In this document: positions 58,111 through 64,000 of the stretch, piece after piece
Layout of the letters: the number at the start of each line of letters is the position of its first letter
Position numbering within the stretch: the first letter of the stretch is position 1
From: a virus
Taxonomy: Duplodnaviria > Heunggongvirae > Uroviricota > Caudoviricetes
Length of the DNA stretch: 64,000 bases
IMG/VR virus record: IMGVR_UViG_3300026382_000001
Direction: 5' to 3' (one strand)
Notes under the pieces: generated by a model
What the model was told of the DNA's origin: nothing
Seen by the model: the letters and a program-made list of their open reading frames with translations, nothing else
Database searches by the model: none
Translations under genes and position numbers: made by a program

Positions 58111-59325
58111 CTATTTAGTAGCGTTATATAACCCTAATTGACTGTCAGTCTTTACACCCCAATTTTGTATATTTAAATTAGCAGGATTAACGAATTTCGT
58201 TTTATTAGTAGCACTAAAATTTTCAGAAGCTTCTTTAGCTGCTTCTTTAGAAAATAATGCCATTGCCGCTAGGATATCACCATCAGAGTTTTTCAATAAT
58301 GGTAATCCGTCCAAATAAAAGTTATGAGCATTATCATTTTCCATAACTAAATCAACCATTTTTAAATTATCTTGATTTACCTGAACTTTTTCAAATACTA
58401 TATCAGTACACGGAATTAATTCAATTTCCCCAGAGTTTATACCAACTGGATCTAAATTATTTTCCATACTTCTAATATCATTTATATCATTATAAAATTT
58501 TAAGTACCTGGTTTTAATTTGACCATTTATTATAAAATATTTTAAATTTCTAAATTTAAATTGTAAATCTTTTAAAATATCTAACTCATTTTCTTTTATT
58601 AATAATTTATATAAGTATGAACTGAACTTATATCTTACTATAAAATTTTCATCTTTTTTACGAATACTATAACTAGCTTCCAAAAGATTAAAAATTAAAC
58701 CAACGCTATATAAATTGATATTTTCTGGTATAATTCCAGAATTTTTAAATAATTCTGTTAACCCTAATAAAAATTTATAATTTGAATTTACTAAAATACC
58801 TTTGTTAAAACTAACTTTATTATTTTTAAAAGTTATAAAATTACTTATGAATATTTTTTCAGTCTCGGTAAAATTTTTAGAAAATTGAAATGATTCATCA
58901 GAATAAAGTAAATGTATAATAATTTCTTTAGCAAAAGAATATGTTAATTTAATTTGAAATTCTTTATTATTATTTTTATCTTTAATAATTAAAATTTCAT
59001 TATTTCTTTTTTGAAACGAGTACTTCCAAAATAAAAAATAATTATCTGGATCACGTTGTATTTCTGTAACCGTTGGGGCCTGTAATTCTAAGGTTTCTTT
59101 ATTAAGAGTGATTATAGATTCTTTTTCAGAAATTCTAAAATCGGTTTTTTTATTAAAGAGACCTAAGTTAATTCTATTCTTATGAATTCCAAAATCATTC
59201 TTACTTAGGATTCGGTATTGTATTGGTACTTCGTGGATACTAGTACCAATAATTTCTTGAGTTATATTTTTAGTTTCATGTACTTTATTAATTGTTTCTG
59301 TACTTATGACTTTTTTAAAAGACAT
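58111..59325 (-). CDS. rpoC: Split intein C-fragment (346 aa) fused to 58-aa RNA polymerase beta' segment carrying the rest of the catalytic motif
   Basis: MVDLVMENDNAHNFYLDGLPLLKN|SDGDILAAMALFSKEAAKEA...FVNPAN...DSQLGLYNATK matches beta' [20 protein letters not shown]...ILSPAN...DVVLGLYYMT. Confidence 0.88.
   Translation of the reverse strand: MSFKKVISTETINKVHETKNITQEIIGTSIHEVPIQYRILSKNDFGIHKNRINLGLFNKKTDFRISEKESIITLNKETLELQAPTVTEIQRDPDNYFLFWKYSFQKRNNEILIIKDKNNNKEFQIKLTYSFAKEIIIHLLYSDESFQFSKNFTETEKIFISNFITFKNNKVSFNKGILVNSNYKFLLGLTELFKNSGIIPENINLYSVGLIFNLLEASYSIRKKDENFIVRYKFSSYLYKLLIKENELDILKDLQFKFRNLKYFIINGQIKTRYLKFYNDINDIRSMENNLDPVGINSGEIELIPCTDIVFEKVQVNQDNLKMVDLVMENDNAHNFYLDGLPLLKNSDGDILAAMALFSKEAAKEASENFSATNKTKFVNPANLNIQNWGVKTDSQLGLYNATK
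58288..59325 (-). mobile_element. Putative split intein C-fragment with degenerate LAGLIDADG-like region
   Basis: Block F (VDL...HNFY), block G (LKN|S), block-B-like FRISEKESIITL, FLLGL.. remnant. Confidence 0.78.
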
Positions 59326-59383
59326 TTTTGTTTCCTTTATTTCGTTGTAAAATCTTCTTGTTTCTTATTCATTAATATATCTA

Positions 59384-60277
59384 TTAAGCTGTATATCTAC
59401 TAGCAGCTACTTGATTATTATTTCCATGTAGTATATGTTGACCCTGTCCACCAATAAGTCCAGAAGCTTTCCATAATGATTGATCATTATTTCCAAATAC
59501 TTTTAAATCATTTCTACGTTTATTAATACTTTGATTTACTTCTTGAGCGTTTTGTGATTTATAATCAGCTAACCCCACATTTTGTCCATTATTGAAATTA
59601 TCTACTTCTCTTTGAGTATATAAATTTGCATCTACCTGTGCTTGTTGAACAGTCGGAGAATTTAATTTTTCCGTCATTGGATTAAATTTTTTATCTTTAT
59701 TAGCATTTAATAAATTTTTTCTTTGATCATTTGGCATACTTTCAAAAGATTTTACTCTTTCATTTGTAATTCTGGTATTTGGATCAATTCCTTCTGGTAT
59801 TTTCTTACCTTGTATTTCGGCATACTTTTTAGCTGGAATATCAATTGAATTTGAGTATTGTTGTGTTTTCAGAAGTTTTCTTTTTGTATCCTCAATATTT
59901 CTATATTTTTCAATATTTTCGCTATGGTCATCTATTTTAGATTGGATACCTTTCAATACCTTTTCTTTTCTTTTAGAATTTTCGATATTATAAGTTTCGT
60001 AATTTTTATTATCTTTACTATATACTGGATCATAAGAACTATTTTTTCTAATATTATATTGAGTTTGAATTTTTTTCATATTTTGTTCTGAACTTTTTCT
60101 TAATTTCTTTGTACTTAATAAAGATTTAAAACCACTTGATAAAGTAGCAGCTAATTTAGAGCGATTTTCATTTTTCACTGGTTTAAGTTTACCTTTAGTA
60201 CCAACCGTCTTTTTAAACCAAGCTCCCGGCCGTTGAATTTCTTCAATTAATGAACTTTTATTTATATTTAATATCAT
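59384..60277 (-). CDS. Basic, hydrophilic hypothetical protein, possibly an internal head protein
   Basis: K/N/Q-rich; N-terminal MILNINKSSLIEE. Confidence 0.55.
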   Translation of the reverse strand: MILNINKSSLIEEIQRPGAWFKKTVGTKGKLKPVKNENRSKLAATLSSGFKSLLSTKKLRKSSEQNMKKIQTQYNIRKNSSYDPVYSKDNKNYETYNIENSKRKEKVLKGIQSKIDDHSENIEKYRNIEDTKRKLLKTQQYSNSIDIPAKKYAEIQGKKIPEGIDPNTRITNERVKSFESMPNDQRKNLLNANKDKKFNPMTEKLNSPTVQQAQVDANLYTQREVDNFNNGQNVGLADYKSQNAQEVNQSINKRRNDLKVFGNNDQSLWKASGLIGGQGQHILHGNNNQVAASRYTA

Positions 60278-60332
60278 ATTTTTTTCCTATAATTAATATC
60301 CTTTTGTTCTCGTTTTCTATTCGGTTCCTTTA

Positions 60333-60374
60333 TTTAACGACAGGAAAATTTGAGGAATTAATTCCTCAAATTTT
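60333..60374 (-). terminator. Hairpin followed by TTTTCCTGTCGTTAAA
   Basis: AAAATTTGAGGAATT/AATTCCTCAAATTTT at 60345-60374. Confidence 0.7.
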
Positions 60375-60408
60375 CTATATTCCTTCAATTCCCATAATAA
60401 ATCCTTTA

Positions 60409-60900
60409 TTATGAAATGGTTGTAAATGAATTTTTAGAAAAACATATTGGACATAAGAGATCCAAATCATTATCTAAAAAATATTTGTAGGTTTTTTGAT
60501 AAGCATTTGTGTACTTATCATCCGTAACATCATCATTTCCCTGATCATCTTTTGAAACTACTTTACCATCTCTAAATGGATAGAGTTGATTAATATTTGC
60601 TTTATAAGCACATGCTTTACAAAAAATAATATCAGTATTCTCTTCTAAATCATAAGATGTTAGCCAACTATCGGGGATAGTTATATTAGTGTACATCATA
60701 TTTTCTGGAAAGAAATCAAACGAAAATTGCTGTTGAACATTTCCATCTTTGTCATAGTACTGATAAACTTTAAAATCTGTTGGAGTAATTGTTTTACCCC
60801 CGTAAGTTCTAAAGAAATTTTCTAGTCTATCTTCAATACCAGCGCTAATACCTTTAGCGTCTTGAATTAAAGTACTAGTATCTTTTAAAGTTATTTTCAT
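60409..60900 (-). CDS. Hypothetical Zn-ribbon protein
   Basis: CKAC...CPIC. Confidence 0.6.
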   Translation of the reverse strand: MKITLKDTSTLIQDAKGISAGIEDRLENFFRTYGGKTITPTDFKVYQYYDKDGNVQQQFSFDFFPENMMYTNITIPDSWLTSYDLEENTDIIFCKACAYKANINQLYPFRDGKVVSKDDQGNDDVTDDKYTNAYQKTYKYFLDNDLDLLCPICFSKNSFTTIS

Positions 60901-60918
60901 AACACTTCCTTCGTTTTA

Positions 60919-61653
60919 TTAATTTATTAAATTTAAATAATCTTTTTCAATATATTTTCTAAATAAATTTACAAGTTTTTCTAAATCTGTATTTTGAATA
61001 ACTGATTTATAAATTTTGTAATAATTATTTTGGGTATTGACATGATCTTCAAATATATCTCTTGAATCTTCTAAAGTATTTTTCTTACTTAGTTCCATAA
61101 CTTCATCTATTATATTGATAAAATTACTCATCTTTTTAATTTTTTTATCTAATTGTTCTAAAAGTAAATCTTTTATTTTATAAATATTATCATTATCGTA
61201 ATCAAGTACTCTATATAAAATAGTTTCGCTTGGTGTATTAAAAGTATCTTCTAGTACTAATGAATCACTTGGGTTTAGTGTACTTAACGTATTATAATCT
61301 TTTAGAATAGGTTTTAAAATTTCATATGGCAGTATTTGCATAAAAAATAATATAAATTTTTTGAGAAATATTTTTTTCTCGTATTCGTTTTTATGAGTTA
61401 AATAATTTATATCTATATTTAAATAATTTTCGTTTACTTCGTTAATAAATTTTTCTATTAATTCATTAGAAGCAAATTCAAATTCATCTGGTTGTAGTTT
61501 TTCTATGTCACCTTCAAATAAATAATAGTTAAAATTTTTAATATCCGTATCTAATAAAAATTTACTTTCAGATAGAATATCCTCCAAAGTTGGAAGATAT
61601 TCTTGAGTTGGCAAATTATTATCAGACGTGTCTGTATTTGAATAAAATATCAT
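60919..61653 (-). CDS. Hypothetical protein
   Basis: 244-aa ORF with AAGGA RBS. Confidence 0.65.
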   Translation of the reverse strand: MIFYSNTDTSDNNLPTQEYLPTLEDILSESKFLLDTDIKNFNYYLFEGDIEKLQPDEFEFASNELIEKFINEVNENYLNIDINYLTHKNEYEKKIFLKKFILFFMQILPYEILKPILKDYNTLSTLNPSDSLVLEDTFNTPSETILYRVLDYDNDNIYKIKDLLLEQLDKKIKKMSNFINIIDEVMELSKKNTLEDSRDIFEDHVNTQNNYYKIYKSVIQNTDLEKLVNLFRKYIEKDYLNLIN

Positions 61654-61706
61654 AATTGTTCCTTAATTTCTTGTCTGATCATTAACTATATCTATACTTT
61701 AATACT

Positions 61707-62234
61707 TTAAGCTACGGATTTTTTTATAGTTTCTAAATCGACTTCGGTATAATTATGATGTTTATCTTTTAATTTTAAAACGCGTTTATTATTACCTTTT
61801 TGTGCTGCAACATGTACCCAACCAGTTGGAAAATATTCTCCAATAAGTTCTTTATAATTTAATTCTTTTTCAATGTATTCTAATACATCAAATAAAGAGA
61901 TACTTTTATTATATGGTTCAATATCAGCAGCTAAACCATAAGCATGATTACTATGACTATTACTTCCAATAGCCAAACATAGTTCTACACTTCTATACCC
62001 TGAATTAATTTTAATTGGACCAAATTTATCTCTAACTGGTTGAATAACCGTGTCTACCAAATATTGAATTCTTGGAAGATATTCTCTTGGTATATCGTTA
62101 TCGATACCTTTTCTAAGAGCTGTGCTACTGTACATAAATTCGCTTAATTTAAAATTTTTTGATAATTTAATAGTTAAAGCTTCACTATATTTAATAACAT
62201 CTTTAATATCTAATTCTTTTTCTATATTTACCAT
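61707..62234 (-). CDS. Endolysin, peptidase M15 family
   Basis: LSKNFKLSEF, INSGYRS, SNHAYGLAADI (H-x6-D), WVHV. Confidence 0.88.
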   Translation of the reverse strand: MVNIEKELDIKDVIKYSEALTIKLSKNFKLSEFMYSSTALRKGIDNDIPREYLPRIQYLVDTVIQPVRDKFGPIKINSGYRSVELCLAIGSNSHSNHAYGLAADIEPYNKSISLFDVLEYIEKELNYKELIGEYFPTGWVHVAAQKGNNKRVLKLKDKHHNYTEVDLETIKKSVA

Positions 62235-62932
62235 AATGGTTCCTTTAATTCGGTATTTGTTTTATTTTTGTAAAGAGTTTTTCTATAAAAATTACATAAT
62301 TCATTGGAAATTTTATAATTTATTGGATCTTTATTAAATAATGAATTTTCATTATTTAAAAATAAATAACATTCCATATCTTTATCTAAATAAATAATAG
62401 TTTTTAAAAATTTAGTTGGAACTGCTATTTTATGTTTACCAATTCTTTTAATTGGTTCTTCAAAAAATATATAATTTTCAATTTTTAATTTTTTATAAAT
62501 TATTACCTGATATCGTACATACGCTTCTAAATATTTCCAAACTTTTCTATTAAGATTTGGTAATTGTGGAGTTATATTTGACATAATATAAACATTTTTT
62601 AATACAGTTTGATTATAATCGAATAAGGCATCTGGTGCCATATGTCCTCTATCGTAACCAGAATGCGTGTAATCCGATGTATAAGATCTATATTTTTTAG
62701 GAATTTTTTTATCTGATCTAAATCCTGGACGTTTCGTAATATTCAATTTATTTGTATTTTCATCAAATATTGTATACTGTACTTTAACTGGTTCTTTATA
62801 TTTATAGTTGTAATAAATTATATATGGATGTTCTTTAGTACTTGGGATAATTTGATCATATACTTCCGCATGTATAATAGTTCCCAAAAACATTACTGCA
62901 ACAAATGGAATAATTTTTAAATATTTTTTCAT
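62228..62932 (-). CDS. Secreted DNA/RNA non-specific endonuclease (NucA/Serratia-type)
   Basis: Signal peptide; GYDRGHMAP, SNITPQ..LNRKVW..LE, IAVPT.F.K. Confidence 0.9.
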   Translation of the reverse strand: MKKYLKIIPFVAVMFLGTIIHAEVYDQIIPSTKEHPYIIYYNYKYKEPVKVQYTIFDENTNKLNITKRPGFRSDKKIPKKYRSYTSDYTHSGYDRGHMAPDALFDYNQTVLKNVYIMSNITPQLPNLNRKVWKYLEAYVRYQVIIYKKLKIENYIFFEEPIKRIGKHKIAVPTKFLKTIIYLDKDMECYLFLNNENSLFNKDPINYKISNELCNFYRKTLYKNKTNTELKEPLW

Positions 62933-62934
62933 AA

Positions 62935-63390
62935 TTATCCTTGAACCGATTGTTGGCCAGTTTTAGTCAATGAATAATTTTTAACAGCTTTCTCAACACT
63001 TCTACCAACTACATAACCACCAAGACCTATTTTCAGAAGTGCCCACATATCTGGCGGAATTTCTAAAGCTTGTGCGCCTACACCAAACATACTAAGATAT
63101 GGATAAATAATATAATTATTAGCGATAATAAAAACGAATGTTAACATAGTAAGTGGTCTCCAATTTCTAGCTAACCAAGATTCACTTTGGGCTTCTGCTT
63201 TAACTATACCACCTTGTTGTTTAATAATTTCAGTATGATAATTTTGCAAAGATTCCTGCATCTTTAATTGATATTGTTGAATACCTGCTTCCAACTTAGC
63301 TTTTTGCTCTGGACTTAAATCTGGGGGAAAATAAGATTTAATTAAATCACCACCAGTTTTAATAATGTCCCCAATAAATGGAATTGTCAT
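62935..63390 (-). CDS. Holin (3TM, gene-transfer-agent holin-like)
   Basis: AEAQSESWLARNWRP...WALLKIGLGGYVVGRSVEK. Confidence 0.8.
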   Translation of the reverse strand: MTIPFIGDIIKTGGDLIKSYFPPDLSPEQKAKLEAGIQQYQLKMQESLQNYHTEIIKQQGGIVKAEAQSESWLARNWRPLTMLTFVFIIANNYIIYPYLSMFGVGAQALEIPPDMWALLKIGLGGYVVGRSVEKAVKNYSLTKTGQQSVQG

Positions 63391-63401
63391 TTTTGGTTCC
63401 T

Positions 63402-63578
63402 TTATTTATATTCTATTGTATTTATATGAGTTAGCTCATATCCATAAGAATGATATTCTAAGTATTTATTCTCAAATAATTCTAGAATCTTTTTTTCGGC
63501 TTCCCATATATCAAAAGATTCTACATTAATAACCAAACTTTGATTATCTTTGCTTATTAGTTTTCCTTGAAATTTCAT
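63402..63578 (-). CDS. Small hypothetical protein (58 aa)
   Basis: Own translation MKFQGKLISKDNQS...TIEYK; AAGGA RBS. Confidence 0.5.
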   Translation of the reverse strand: MKFQGKLISKDNQSLVINVESFDIWEAEKKILELFENKYLEYHSYGYELTHINTIEYK

Positions 63579-63589
63579 ACCATTTCCTT

Positions 63590-63700
63590 TTAATTAAATA
63601 AATTTGGAATATCAATTAATGGTGTTCCATCTAAATAAGCACCAAGTACCACAAGGACACTTATCGCAACTACTATTATAATTTTTGTACTAACATTCAT
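63590..63700 (-). CDS. Small membrane peptide (36 aa)
   Basis: Own translation MNVSTKIIIVVAISVLVVLGAYLDG...; AAGGA RBS. Confidence 0.45.
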   Translation of the reverse strand: MNVSTKIIIVVAISVLVVLGAYLDGTPLIDIPNLFN

Positions 63701-63708
63701 ATTAATCC

Positions 63709-63906
63709 TTATACCAATATATCTAGTTTTTTGTATTTTGGTTTTTCTTTTTTAGTTTTTTCTTTTATAGTTTTTTCTTTTATAATTTCTCTAGCCGAGT
63801 TAGAGATACCGGAAATAGTCTGTTTATCGAACTTAATTATTTTATCTTTTTTAGGTTTAACTTCTTTAGGAGTTCCAATATTATCATTGGTTGATAAACC
63901 TTTCAT
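63709..63906 (-). CDS. Small Lys-rich hypothetical protein
   Basis: 65-aa ORF. Confidence 0.5.
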   Translation of the reverse strand: MKGLSTNDNIGTPKEVKPKKDKIIKFDKQTISGISNSAREIIKEKTIKEKTKKEKPKYKKLDILV

Positions 63907-64000
63907 TAATTTTTTTAAATTATTTGGATTATCCCTAACTTTTGAAATAACTACTGCTTTAGTAAGAGCTTTTTCTAATCTTCTAGAAGCTTCCTCTAAA

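Noticed and set aside
51241-59325. Group I/II intron joining the beta' pieces
   Set aside because: The pieces are in the wrong order for cis splicing, no intron core was recognised, and the junctions carry protein-level intein motifs.
11085-62337. Short nested or antisense ORFs in the track (e.g. 11085, 11824, 14630, 18943, 25898, 32943, 36824, 40146, 43206, 47616, 48731, 50646, 56972, 59858, 62122)
   Set aside because: They overlap better-supported genes and have F/I/L-rich shadow composition.
1-64000. tRNA or rRNA genes, and stop-codon reassignment
   Set aside because: No cloverleaf or rRNA-like sequence was recognised by eye; ORFs tile densely under the standard code with TAA, TAG and TGA all used as stops.

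Overview
A very AT-rich 64-kb segment of a large (probably jumbo) tailed phage genome, almost all on the minus strand, standard genetic code. The host is unknown; AAGGA-type RBSs and the radical-SAM array are reminiscent of Campylobacterota phages (inference). (1) 1-16.7 kb: a contiguous modification cluster with ten CX3CX2C radical SAM enzymes, one motif-less paralog, two U32-like Fe-S proteins, three glycosyltransferase-like proteins, a transketolase-like gene and a protein with a Cys-rich C-terminus beside a SPASM-type maturase. (2) 16.8-30.3 kb: virion genes (fibre/spike with autocleaving chaperone-like domain, T4-like portal, probable baseplate and tape-measure proteins). (3) 30.4-36.4 kb: possible sliding clamp, ParM-like actin with a putative adaptor, SF2 helicase. 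(4) 36.7-42.2 kb: a plus-strand island of small genes with repeated promoters and leaders. (5) 42.4-60 kb: large terminase, five Zn-repeat homing endonucleases, HU, primase-helicase and an RNA polymerase beta' subunit in three ORFs. (6) 61.7-63.4 kb: holin, secreted nuclease and M15 endolysin. The most striking observation is that the RNAP catalytic motif (NADFDGD equivalent, here GGD|SDGD) is divided between two genes 5.4 kb apart and in permuted order. Each half is fused to an intein fragment, so the active site would be made only by protein trans-splicing. All family assignments come from motif reading, not database searches.
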